DNA of 64,000 nucleotides from Lama guanicoe (GCA_013239625.1 MU054001.1:4752167-4816166), one strand, 5' to 3'. Positions 13,020 to 25,280 are shown, numbered from the stretch's first letter. Program-made: numbers and translations. The notes: a model not told the origin generated them from the letters alone.

Positions 13020-15860
13020 ATTAAACTTTTAATTTTGAGATAGCTGTAAATTCACATGGAGATTCAGTTTCCTCCAACGGTAATAGTTTGTAAAATGAGA
13101 GTACAGTATCTAGGTTATTGACATCCGTATACTCAAGCTACAGAACATTCTTATCACCACAAAAATCCCTCATGCTTTCCCTTTAAAGCCATAGCCACTT
13201 CTTTCCTGCCCCACTCCCTTTTCCTTAACCTCTGGAAAGCGCTAATCTGTTCTCTGATTCCATAAATTTGCCATTTCCAGAATGTTGTATAAATGGAATC
13301 ACATTTAAGTGTACATTATCTTTGGGATATTTGTGTATTCTGCTGTTTGGGGGTGACATGTTCAGTCAATGTCAATTAGATCTTATTGGTTGATGGTGTT
13401 GTTGAATTCTTCTGTATCCTTGCTGATTTTGTATCTAGTTGGTTTATCAATCACTGAGTGAGAGGTGTTGAAATGTTCTACTATAATTGTGGACATGTCT
13501 ATTTTTCTTTTCAGTTTTATTAGCTTTTATTTCACGTATTTTGCAGTTGTATTGTTTGATGCATACATATTTAAGATTGCTTTGTTTTCTTGATAGATTA
13601 ACTCCTTTATTAGAATACAATGTCCCTCTCTATCTCTGGTACTTTATTTTATTTTATTTTATCTCTTTTGCTCTGAAGCCTACATTGTCTAATATTAGCA
13701 TAGTCCTCCTGTTCTCATTTAGTTAATGTTTGCAAAGTAGTCTTATTCTATCCTTTTGCTTTCAGCCTGACTATATTGTATATTTTAAGTGAGTTTCTTG
13801 TAGATAGAATATAGGTGGGCCACTCTCTCCCCCATATGCCAATCTCTGTCTTTTCAAGTTGTAAATTTTGCCCATTAATATTTAATGTAATTAATGATAT
13901 GTTAGAGCTTAAGTCTGCCATTTTATATATTGTTTTCTGTTGGTTTTCACTATGTTTCATTTCTGTATTCTTCTTCCTGCCTTCCTGTGGGTTGCTTGAA
14001 TATTTTTAAGAATTTCATTTGGTTTACCAGTAGTATTTCTTTTTGTATAGCTTTTTAAATAATTGCTTAGGTCTTACATTATATAAACATAGCTCATCAA
14101 AGTCTTCTGATGTCATCATTTTACCAGTTTGAGTGAAGTATAGAAATCTACTTCTTTTTATCTTCCCCCATTTATAATCTAATTGTTTCAAATATTTCTT
14201 CTATATATATTTAGAACCATATCAGATAGTGTTCAATTTTTGCTTCAACCATGTAACATAATTTAGAAAACTCAAACGGGAGGGGAGAAATTACTATATT
14301 TACCATATTTTTGCTTACTGGGTTTTCCCTCCTAATCTTGTAAGAATTTTTTTTATTATTTCCTTTTTGTTTAGAGAAAGAAGTTCCTTTAGGCACTTTT
14401 TTTTAAAGAGTAGATCTTTTGGTGATAAATTCTCTTAGTTTTCCTTCATCTGAGGATGTTTTGATTTCTTTCTTTACTGAGTGCTATTTTTGCTGGATAT
14501 AGATTTTAGGTTGCCACTTCCTTTCTTTTAGCACTTGAAAAATGTTGTACCACTTCCAGCTTCCATGATTTCTGATGAGAAATCTGCTGTCATTTGAATT
14601 ATTTTTCCACTCTGGTAGGGTGCCGTTTTTCTTTCTCTGCTCTCAAATTCTTTCCTTTGTCTCTCTTTTTTTTTTTTTTTTTTTTTTTTTTTGAGTACTT
14701 TTAAACTCTGCTCCCTTTCTTCTCTCCTTCCAGGACTCTGATTACATGAATGTTAAAGTCTCATCAATCCCAGAGGCTCTGTTCATCAAAAAAGAATTAT
14801 TTGTTCTTTTATGTTCAGATTGGGTGATTTTTATTGTTCTAGCTTCCAGCTCACCAGTTCTTCCCTCTGTCTTCTCCCTTCTGATGTTGAGCCCATAATT
14901 GATTTTTTAAAAATTGTGTTTATTTACTTTTTTCATTTCTAAAATGTCCATTTAGTTTTTTCCTTTTATCTCCTATTTCTTTGCCAAAACTTTCTATTTT
15001 TCAATTTGTTTCATGTGTGTTTATAATTGTTGGAGTATTCTGTTATGGCTCCTTCAAATTCCTTGAGAGCTAATGCTAACATCTTTTTTTATCTCAATTT
15101 TGGTATGTATGAATTGTCTTTTTCCATTCAGTTTGAGATCTTCCTGCTTCTTGGTGGGATGAATGATTTTTGATTGAAGTGGGAAGAATTCCAGGTTAGT
15201 CTCCCTACTAGATCTCCACTGATACCTCTCTGAATAGTGGGAAGAGTGCCATATCCCTGCTCCCCACCTGGCTTCCACTGACACCAGGAGGATGAGTAGG
15301 GGCGCTTTGCTACTGCTGGGTAGGGGTGGAAGACCAGGCTCTCCAGATGGTCTCCAGTGACACCATGGGGAGGGGCCCAGCAAGTATGAAAGTCCAGTAC
15401 CCCACTAGGCTTTTTCAACACTCCATGGAGAGGGGACGTTGGGTACCTTGTTATAGCCTCAAGAGCATGGACTTCTAGGTGCCCAGCTCAGCCTTTGCTG
15501 GAATGGATGGGATGGGGGTATAGCTTTTTCCATGGGTTTGGCTGGAGCAAGATGTTATTGTCTGCAAGTTTTCTGTCTTGCCAGGCTGTATCATTTCTGG
15601 TCCTTTGGCTAGAGAGCGCAGGCTTTACTTGGGGCTTTAATAGTTTTATATATTGGTGTTTCCTGGTTGCCAGCTTCTTGGGCTCCAATCTGAGATATAT
15701 GAAGTAAAAGAAATACCCTGGGTACTCACTACCATGTCATTTCTTGAGTCCCAGTGTCCCTGGCTATTCTGCCTTCTTCTTTCCACCTTTCAGAATATTC
15801 TTATATTTCTTTCATATATAATATCTCGGGTTTTTAGTTATGCTTAGCTGGAGGGGCAGG
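13020..15860 (-). mobile_element. Degenerate L1 (L1MC-like): 3'UTR piece joined to ORF2 start, ORF1 and 5' region, with most of ORF2 missing
   Basis: T-rich strand bias and L1MC-type 3' end at 13020-13300. The minus ORF 13748-13960 contains SNISLITLNINGQN, the start of the L1 ORF2 endonuclease (ITILTLNVNGLN). Also tgatgagaaatctgctgtc, typical of ORF1. Confidence 0.85.
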
Positions 15861-17315
15861 GAAAATTATGTCCTGGGGAGAAATCTGGAAACTGAATAGG
15901 CAACTAAGAGTCTCAGGGACATTTAGAAAACATTGCTTTGTTCCACAGCAACTTTTACACGAGGTTGCTGGGGTCAAGGGCCTGTGGGGAAATTAGAGCT
16001 TAGATAGGGGGTCTGTAGCTCAGACCTGGGCCAGGACTGGTTCGAAGACTGTCCTCTTTCCCTCCCCTTCTCTTCCTTTGCAACGGGAGAGAACAGTGAG
16101 CTGTGTGAGACCCCTGACTCACCTGTTGGTGGCAGTCATAAATCAAGCCTGGCAGCATCCAGTGTAAAAGTTGATGCTAATGATACCTTGTTCCTGCTTC
16201 CAGCATCGCCCTCTGTTCTTTTCCCCTCTAATGATCCTTCTCACTCTGATTTTATCCTCTTAGGAGCTGATAAGGAAAGCCGGGGTGGGGTCCTACCTGA
16301 CATATCAGCTAGGTGCACTGATGGTGTGAAGCAAAAGCTGGCAAATGTGGGCCAGTATTGGTGCTTGAGGGTTGAGGAGCGATGCAGTGATGCAGTGTTG
16401 GAGATGTGGGGTTGTAGAATGATCTCACATCCAGGCAGCCGAGGACTGGAAGCTGTCATGGGAATTGGGAGGCCGCAGACCAAGATTTGACTGGCCATCT
16501 GGTTGTCCTGTCCTTTCAAAGGAGGACAGCTCTTGCACAAACCCCACTTTTCCCACCTGGGCATCCTGAGTCTTCTTCCCTTGCCTTGTTGCCACGGGCA
16601 GGGTCTCAGGAAGCTGTAGTGGAATTGTGGCACTTGGGTGAATATTGGAATTATTCACCCAAGCTATTGAATATAGTTCCCTGTGCTCTACAGTGGTGAT
16701 GTTTCTGGGATGGTGAGGCAAATAAAACCACAACAGATTGTTTTTGAAGCATCGAATGCAAATTGTCAACACAAACATATTTCTGGACCTAGCAGTTGAA
16801 TGTGTGAATTAATTACGGACCTATTAAGAAGCAGAATTATTCTTCCTTTCAGTGACTAAAACAACCCTGCTGCCGAACCCTTTCACTCTGGGGAGAGGAT
16901 TCCATGGGCTGCTCCTTTGCAGTTTTAGGGGCTGGTGGAAATGCAGGAAACTCTGTAACACAAACCTGGCTTCCAGCAGCCACTTCAGTTTTGATAGTCT
17001 GTCCCCAGAAACTTGGTTAGGGTGGGATTCCCATCAGATGTGAACAAGCATTGTCAAGGGCCTGTAGCTTTAGGAAAAGTAATTGTTTCTACTGGTAACA
17101 CTGGTCCTTAGAAGGTGCTGAGGGTGAGGTCATCTGTCCACCCTGGGCCCAGTCATCTTCTTGTGTCCACGTGCTCTGAATTCTGTGGCCTATTTGCCAC
17201 ATACAGGGCTGCAGTGAGCCAAAAAGGCACCTCTCATGTGTTTGGGAGCTGCAAGAACACTTCACCAAGTGACTTCATGGAGAATTTCTAATAAGGGGTA
17301 GCCTCCTGAAAAATA

Positions 17316-17447
17316 TGCGCGCACACGTGCACACACACACACACACACACAAACCCCTCAGCCGTTGCCTGCCTGAAAGAACTTCAACTGTCTCAGCATG
17401 TGCACTCAAGATTTGTTTTACACACACACACACACACACACGTGCGC
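17316..17447. repeat. Two (CA)n microsatellites with alternating purine-pyrimidine flanks
   Basis: gcgcgcacacgtgcacacacac… at 17316-17350 and tacacacac…acgtgcgc at 17418-17447. Confidence 0.9.
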
Positions 17448-18187
17448 AAAGATTTAGTGTTTCATTGTGAAACATTTTTGAGGGCTTCTGTCTGCAGCAT
17501 GAGGATCAGAATCTGGATTCAGATATCTTGCTCTGCCTCCCACTCCTGGGGCAGGTCAGCTTTTTGTCCTGGTGTCCTGTTGGCAGCTTTCTCCCCCTGC
17601 AGAACCCCTCTGTCTGGGCCCTGGTCTGGCTCGGATGGCCTTTGCAGAATTTGCATAATCTCTGTTTGTCCACTTGGAGGCTGGAGAAATCTTCTCTTGA
17701 GATGGCAGGGACATTGCTCCTCAAAACAAATGAATGGGTGAATAAAAGTCACTTAGAACACATCCCTCGCCCTGTTCTAACGCAACTTAGGGCATCTGTG
17801 TCCTGGCCCTTGGCGGAGGGTTGGTTGATATTTACATGGTATGCACCATTACCAGTGTACTGTTGGTTAAAATATTGAAATAGTTCCTGACCTGCTGGCA
17901 CAGAGTTTCTGCCCTAAACCCCCTGCCCACAGATCCTCCTCTGTGCCTGGAGCCCCAGCCCTTCCCTGATCTAGTGTGCAAGAGGATGACTCCTGGACGA
18001 TTAGGGCCACCACACTGGGGATGGTTGGGATGATTCAGCTGGTGGGGACCCCTGTGCACTGGTGGTTAACACATTTGCATATCAGCCCTGCTTGTTGCCA
18101 CCATTTGTTCCTATTCTCTTCCTCTCCACCCCACAGCAAGTATTCCCTGGATCCTAGCCTGTGTGTGATGGGAGCTACTTCTGTGCT

Positions 18188-18395
18188 CTTTTTTTAAAAT
18201 AGAAATATAGTTGATTTACAAGGTTGTGTTAGTTTCTGGTGTACAGTGTAGTGATTCAGTTACACATATATATATTCCTTTCGTATTCTTTTTCTTTATA
18301 GGCTATCACAAGCTATTGAATATAGTTCCCTGTGCTCTACAGTAGAACCTTGTTGTTTATCTCTTCTAGTTTGTATCTGCTAATCCCAAACTGCT
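18188..18395 (-). mobile_element. Younger L1 3' end (cetartiodactyl-type), 5'-truncated
   Basis: Poly-T then aaatatagttgatttacaa…ttagtttctggtgtacag…gattcagtta…tattgaatatagttccctgtgctctacagtag…gtttgtatctgctaatcccaaact. Confidence 0.85.
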
Positions 18396-21256
18396 TACTC
18401 TTAAGCCAGCTTCCCTTGGCCAAGTCTCATTTCTTCCTGACCACATCCCCCGCTTCTGTGCCCCCACCGCTGTTTCCCTGTTACATGGCTGTGATGAGCA
18501 TCGCCAGTGCATTCTTGCTGCACAGGAGACAATCCAAAAAAGGCCTTTATATCACTTTAATTCTGACCCCCAAATGACGGGACTTTTCCCTTAAGAAGTT
18601 TTCTCATATTTATGCTTTTGCAGTTTTTATTCTGTTTACAACTTGCATAGCAGCTGCTTGGTTTTCTCTGACATTTTTTATCAGTGCTCTGACAACAGTG
18701 GAGGCGTGGCAGCGGTGAGAGCAGCCCTTTCCCTCTCTCCCTGGCTCAGAGTGGCACCCGGACCTTACTGAGCGCCCCGCTCCTGTTTGTTGAGCCGTTG
18801 TGATGACACAGGCTCAGCCTTCTGCTGGTGTTTCTCTTACTCATCCCATTACCAGGTAGAGGTTGAGGAAACACCTTTCAGAGCCTCCGCGCTTCACTCC
18901 TCCTATTTTCCGCGCAAGGCAGCTCTGAAGGTTTTGTCTTCAGCACGTCTCTCCTTGTTTCACAGCCAGCGGCTTGTGTTAAGCTGTGAGCTGAAAGCTG
19001 ACACTTGTCAGACAGCCCCGAGTTCGGTGTCCACTGCCCATCCACAGTGCCTTCCGCCGGCAACTTGGCTGGCCTTGACAATGACTGTTTGCAGAATGGC
19101 AATTTACTAATGGGTGAGAGTCTGCAGGATGGCACCTTGCCCAGCTCGCAGGTTTCCAGGCTCGGTGCTGAGCAGGAGTCCCATTTATTTAAAGATACCT
19201 TCCTTCTCCAGAAGGGGGATCTGAGCCCCCAACCCGCCCCTTCCACAAGTGGGCCTGAGGCTCTGCTCTGGGGAGTGGAAGGAGGTGGGGCAGGCTTGGT
19301 TGCCTTTCGGGAGGGCGAAATGAAGTTCTCTCTTTGTTAGGGAAAAATGTCTGGGAGGGTCTTGCTGTTCTGCAGAAGCCATGAAGAGGTCAAAGCTGGA
19401 AACTTCCAGACCACTTGACCTATTTTATTCATCAGGAAGCTGAGGCTCAGAGAGGGGCAGACACTGGCCTGAAGTCACACAGGTAGCCAGAAGCCGGGGT
19501 GAATGCAAATCAGGAGTGCGCACACCCAGGTGCCATCTGTCCTCCCATTTCTTAAATACTCCCTGAGTGTGTACTTCATATACATGACCCTCCTTGTTCA
19601 TTCAACAGGTGGAGCCCCCCAAACTGGCCTCTTGAGTAAGCATTTCCAGGGGAAGGGCCTGGAAGCCTGTGTAGTTGACAATCACCCTCACCCCATCCTC
19701 TGGATTTATATCATCAGAGAAGTTTGGGAAATTCTGGTCTATACCGCATCTGCTGGTGGTGGGTCCAACCTGGCGGCAATCCTGGAGCTGGGACTTTGGG
19801 AGACTGTGGCTTAGACCCAGGACCAGGACTGTGTCTGGAACCCTCTACTCTCTTGGCACGGGTAGGGAGGAGTGAGCTGTTGTGGGTACTGGGGACCATA
19901 AATCAAGCCAGGCAGCATCCAAAGTAAAAACAGTAATTTGGGGAGAAACTAATAATGCTTCATCTCTGCTTCCACCCTAGGAGTTCTGTTTGTTTTATTT
20001 TCCATCATTCTTTCATACTCTGATTTTATCCCCCCAGGACCTGCCTCTCAGGAAGCTGGGGGTTAGTAGTGGGGAGAGGATCCTGCTTTGCTCAAACCAG
20101 TTAGTGCAGTGGTCCTGGGCACCCAGCAATGGGCTGGATGCACGGTGCTCGTTGGTGCTGGCGTCAGACACAGGGGAATAGCTGAGCTTCATTCTGAGGC
20201 TTGAGGATGGGAGGATAATCTCAAATTGCAGGACCAGAGGGCTGCAGACCGTGATCAAGATGCCGAGCACCTACAGAAACCCAGGATGCCCCTCATATGG
20301 AGGCAGAAAGGGAGTGAGATTTAGGAACTCTCTGAGGGAGGCGGGTGTTTAGTATTGATGGAGACTAGAAATGAGGCCACTAGATCACTGGTTCTCAAAC
20401 TACAGTTGAGAACTGAGCAACCCTGGCTTTCCGTGGTGATGCCGAGGGCCTCCTGAGTGGGGCAGGCACAGAGGGTGGGATGTGGGTGTTGGGAGCAGCT
20501 CTGCTCTGTTCTGCTGTGTAAGTTGGGGTTTCCCGTGAGATTTCCCTGGGAAAGTCAGAGACTCTGAGACCCTGCCCGGGCCTGTGTCCTCACACTTCAC
20601 ATCATTACCGGAGGTAGGAGAGCTGTGTGTCAGGCCTGGTCTCCTGGGTGATGTTGGGTGATTCTCCAGACCTCAGGGAACTTTGGGCTTGTCTTCTAGT
20701 TGGGACAGACGCTCTGTCTCAAGTTGCTGGCAGATCTGATGAGATGTCAGTGACAACTGGTGCTTCAAGACTGGGTTGAGGGTCAGCAGTGAGGGACCTG
20801 GCTGCCCAGACAGTAGGTGCCGTTGGCAGCCCTGTTTCCGGTCTGCCTGCATGTATTCTCTGACCTGCTTTTTGTTACTTACCCTCTGCCAAAATCCAGG
20901 AGATTTTCTTGCAGCTCAGACATCAGTATAATATGAAATAACCCAAGGGCCTTTAGTCTCAAATGGGTTCCTTGCTATCAAAAGCTTCTTCCTGCATTAG
21001 GGCACACACCTTGGAGATTTCTGGCCTCCCTCTGCCCGTGCCCCGCCAGGGCTCCTCTCGCCCTGCCCCTGCTCCTGGCAAACCTCAGAGGTAGAGCCCA
21101 CATCCGGACGACTTGCAAGGTGAGGAACGATGGAGGCTGGATACATTCTTACATTTTGGTATCAATTACTTAGTGATGAATCCACTGCATAGTTGCCCAT
21201 CCCTTCTCTCCATGTCCATACTGTTGGCACGGCCCTGGTGCTCTCAAACATGGAAG

Positions 21257-21422
21257 GAGGACCAGCTACATAACTTGTGCAAAATGAAAATGCAGGGCCC
21301 TGTGTTAGAAAATGAAGAATTTCAAGACAACAAAACAGCAGAGTATCAAACCAAGTGTAAGGCCCTTCTAGATACAGGCTCCTGTGCTACTGCACAGGTC
21401 ACATGTCCACGAAACCAGCACT
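21257..21422. mobile_element. MER45A-like hAT-Tip100 MITE
   Basis: ccagctacataacttgtgcaaaatgaaaatgcagggccc…aagaatttcaagac…cagcagagtatcaaaccaagtg…actgcacaggtcacatg resembles the MER45A consensus. Confidence 0.75.
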
Positions 21423-21474
21423 ATATAGGGACAAGATGCTTTGAGGGGCAGGAGCCTCACAGGACTCAGTTTTG

Positions 21475-21520
21475 CAGGGTATTGTTGTGCAGGTTGCACA
21501 CTGCACAACTCTCGGAGACA
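21475..21520. mobile_element. MER91-like hAT-Tip100 remnant (second copy at ~23514-23590)
   Basis: cagggtattgttgtgcaggttgcacactgcacaactc carries the MER91 palindromic ttgtgcag…ctgcacaa motif. Confidence 0.6.
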
Positions 21521-23339
21521 TCTGCCCTGCCAGAGGTCTCTCCAGCAAGCTCTTAACAGTGGCAGTGACCCACACCTTTGGGACAGAGAGGCCACTTGGT
21601 GATGGGTTGGTGTCCTCACATCCAGATTCTTCCCTCCAGTCAGGGCTCTGGAAGCTCCCCCTTCTCTCCTCCCTTTCTCCTTGGCATTTCAGAGACACGT
21701 TTCTCCGAGAAGCTGAGGTGCCCGGGCTCCACGCGGGTGCTGCTGGGGAAGCTTCCGCTCCTCCGTGCGGATCGCCCGCCGGCGGCTCTGCTGTTAACCT
21801 TTGGGGTTTGCTCATAAAATAGAAACTCTCTTTGTAGGTCAGTTTGTCAGTAATTTTGGCAGCCGCGGGGCCACCGAGGGAATGAGGCTTGGTTCCCACT
21901 TGTCTCTCGTGCTCGGTTTGGAGACTTTTGCGGAGCCCTTCCCCGGGAGGAACGCTCACCCCTGCCGGAAACGAGAGACGGTTTTCTCTGACCTGGTTTT
22001 GAATCGGCAGGAGCAATTCCTGGATGCTGGAAAGGCACGGCCGCTGAGAAGGAATTTGGTCCAAGCCCAGCCTGTGGAGCCTTCTGCGTGGGGCCTGGTT
22101 TTCCTGGGCAGGTGGCACTTGGGTGGGGCTGCCAGGTTTTGCTTCTGCTCCCCTGTTAGGTGAAGTGGAAGGTTGTGCTGAGACTGGCACCCACCTGAGC
22201 CTCACTGGGCTGGCTGTGGCCTGCAGACCAGCATCGTGGGCCTGCACAACCCCTCTTGACAGCCACCCCCCCTCACCCCAAAACCCCAGCCTGGGTTGCC
22301 AAGGATCTGGGCATCTTCTATTATGATAACCTCCCAGTGCCCAGTGCTGTACTCCGTGCCAGGGGGAGGGGGGAAGATGAACAAGTCCTGATCAGGCCCT
22401 GTGTTCAAAGACCTGGAAGTGGGATGAGGGTGAGGGCAGTTCGGTGATGTGCAGACTGGTGGGATTACTCATCAGAGAGAATAGTGTTCAAGGAGGACTG
22501 AAACAAGCGGCCTGGAGAAGTCAGGGAGGACTGTCTGGCAGAGGCAGTGATGAACTGAACTCTAGCTCTGCTCTCTATTGTTTCTGAGGCCTCTGGGGAG
22601 TAAGATTGAGAATAGAGCATCTCTAGTCTAGTACGGGAAGCTGGGAGAGACAAGGCTGGGATAGATTATGGCCTGGAAATGCCACCCCCCACCACCACAT
22701 AATAACTGAGCACCGCGTATAAGACCCATTTCCAGGAGCAGAGTTTATTCAAAGCTAGAACTAGACTTGATGACCAAAGCTAAGGTTTGTAGAATGAGAA
22801 CTTCAGAGTAGCCAGAGAGATGGGTTGAGTGCCAGGGGAGGGGATACCAAGGACGAAGAGGGCAGGAAGAAGAGGGGAGCCCCAGGAGCCTTGAGGAAAG
22901 ATAGCTGTCTCCTTCCTCTTCCAAGAAGGCAGTGAGGCTGGGAGGATGCTCTCCAGCTGCTTCTGTGTTCCTGAGTGTCACCTTTAAGTCCCCAGGCCTG
23001 TGCATGGACATGGGGCAGCAGGACCCAGAGAGGGAAGCCTGGAGCTCTCCCTGGGACTCAGAGGCCTGCTTACAGATGCCCTGGACAGACCCCTGCATTA
23101 CTGATGTTTGTAGAGTGTCTTGCCTTTGGAGGCTGTGGGGTGAGTGCCTTTTAGGGGAGTGACCTACAGCCTGGGAGATAGGAGGCCTAGATTCCAGTCT
23201 GTTTTCCCCTCATGTGCTTTTTGACCTTGAGCAAGAAATTTCCCCTTCCAGGAACCCCACTCCAGCCACGACATGACTTAATTGGAGTCAGTGAGCATGT
23301 CGTGAAGTTAACCAGGTGTCCTTCTGGTAGGACTTTCAG

Positions 23340-23790
23340 AGTTTTATCATGATGATAATTGCAGTGGTGATAGTGATCACAAACAACTATGTAGCACTTA
23401 CTGGCGTGCCAGGCCCTACTCTAAGCACTTTACATCGACTGTCCCACTTAATTCTCACATCAGACCCCAGAGGGATTCTTTGAGTGGCAGGAACCCCACA
23501 GGACTCAGGTCTGCAGGGTATGGTTGTGCAGGTTGTATACTGAACAACTCTAGAGAACACCATTCATATTGTGACCTGCATGGCAGCCCTACCAGAGGTC
23601 ATGTCAGCCATCACCTGACAGTAGCAGTAATCTAGAACTTTGGGGAAGAGAATCCCCCATATCCGCCCACTTTATAGATGGGGAAACTAAGGAACACAGA
23701 GGCAAAGTAGCCTGCCTAAGGCTACTCTGATTCAGACAGCAAGAGTCAGAGCCAGGGTTAGGACCCAGGCAGTCTGGCTACAGACTCCAT
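23340..23790 (-). mobile_element. MIR SINE split by a ~175-bp insertion (23478-23651)
   Basis: Left half: gcacttactggcgtgccaggccctactctaagcactttacat…ttaattctcaca. Right half: cccactttatagatggggaaactaagg…gcctgcctaaggctac…ggacccaggcagtctggct. Confidence 0.75.
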
Positions 23791-24689
23791 GTGCTTAAAC
23801 ACCATGCCAAATTGCACCTGTCTACAGGGAGCAGTGTTCCCTGGAACATACTTTCTAGCTGCCTTCCATGGGCACTTCTGGCTGCCAGCTCTGGACAGTC
23901 GAACTCCTGTGGGAATTTCAAATGGGGGTTTTGTTCCAGTCTCCAAATTCCCACTGATGCAGAATCCTGCAGTGTTGCATAGATTAATATTCCCCTCTTT
24001 CCCTTCTTTCCTCCCTTCCTCTATAAACACCATATCAGAGAAATTCGCTGATGATGCGTTCACCCGAGAACCTCCTCACCAAGGCAGCTGAGTATTAAGG
24101 GGAAATTCGTGAAATGAAGTTTGGAAGCTGCTGGCCCGGCCGGAGCCCCTTCTGAGTGATGATGATTTATTTCGGCAATGTGGTAGTCATTAGTATCTTT
24201 GGTGTTGGAGCCGGCGATCTCGGGCCTGGGTCTGTGGCTGAGGGAACCTTCGGGGCCATTACGAGCTAATGGCTCAGTGTGGGCAGAGGAGGCCTGCAGT
24301 CAATCTCGCTGCCAGCGGGTAATAAACGTCGGCCGGCTCCCTTCTTCCTGCTCCCAGAGAGGGATGGGGCCTCAGCTCACGGTGGCCTGTTGGGCCTCGG
24401 AACGGCCTGGCCTGGTCTCCACGGCCTTGGGGGTCCATGGCATCCCTTCTCGGCTTGGAGGACTGAGGCTGAGGAGTTGCCCAGAATTTTGTCTGTCTGA
24501 CCTAGATCTTAGAAACCTGAGGTTGTTCTGGGGGCTCTTGGTTCTTCTGGCTTGGCTTTTGGGCTATCTTCCTGCATGAACTCATTGTGTCCTCATGGAG
24601 AGGGAGTACGTGACGTGGGGCTGGTGCAGGCGCCACCCCATGGGAGGGCCCTTTGATGCCTGTACACCTTGGGGAGTTCTGTCCCTCTT

Positions 24690-25280
24690 GCCCTCTTTTG
24701 ACTGAGGTCTCACATACAGTCAAGGGCACAAACGTTCTGTGTATTGCGTGATGCACTTTTCCATCTGGGTCCCTGCCTCACCAGCACCCACATCCACAGG
24801 TAGCCCGTTCCTTGCCCCCCACCAGTTTCCCCAGGACACTCCTCCTCTACCACCAGAGGGTAGTTGGTCCTGTTTCAGAACTCATGTCAACAGGATCCTA
24901 TAGCGTGGAGTTGTGTCTGGCTTCTGTTCACTGTGACGTATGTGAGCTTCATCCCTCTCTGTGTGTCAGGGGTTTGTGCCTTTGTATTGCTGTGTTATAG
25001 CCCCTGTATGAATGTATCCCAATTTGCTGTGCATCCTACTGATGCTGGGTGTTTGGGTTATTCCTGGGTTGGGGAGGTTATGAATGGTGCTGCTAAGGCC
25101 ATTGCGGACAGGTCTTATCTGCGGAGGGGGGTTTCTATGGTCCTGTGCATGCATGCCTTTGCTTTCCAGGAGGTTCTGGAATCTCTAGCTCGTGGGTAGG
25201 GAAGTGCTCAGTTGGAGTGGATACAGTCAGTTCTCCAGGGTGGTGGTACTGAGCTACCTGCCCACCCTGCCCGCCTGTGA
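24690..25280 (-). mobile_element. Ancient L1ME-type 3' fragment
   Basis: tacagtcaagggcacaaacgtt…ttgtgtctggcttctgttcact…cctactgatgctgggtgtttgggttattcc…atgaatggtgctgctaa. Confidence 0.65.

Noticed and set aside
21399..22247. Longest ORF in the track (282 aa, minus strand)
   Set aside because: No recognisable domain; it overlaps MER relics and GC-rich sequence, where stop codons are rare by chance.
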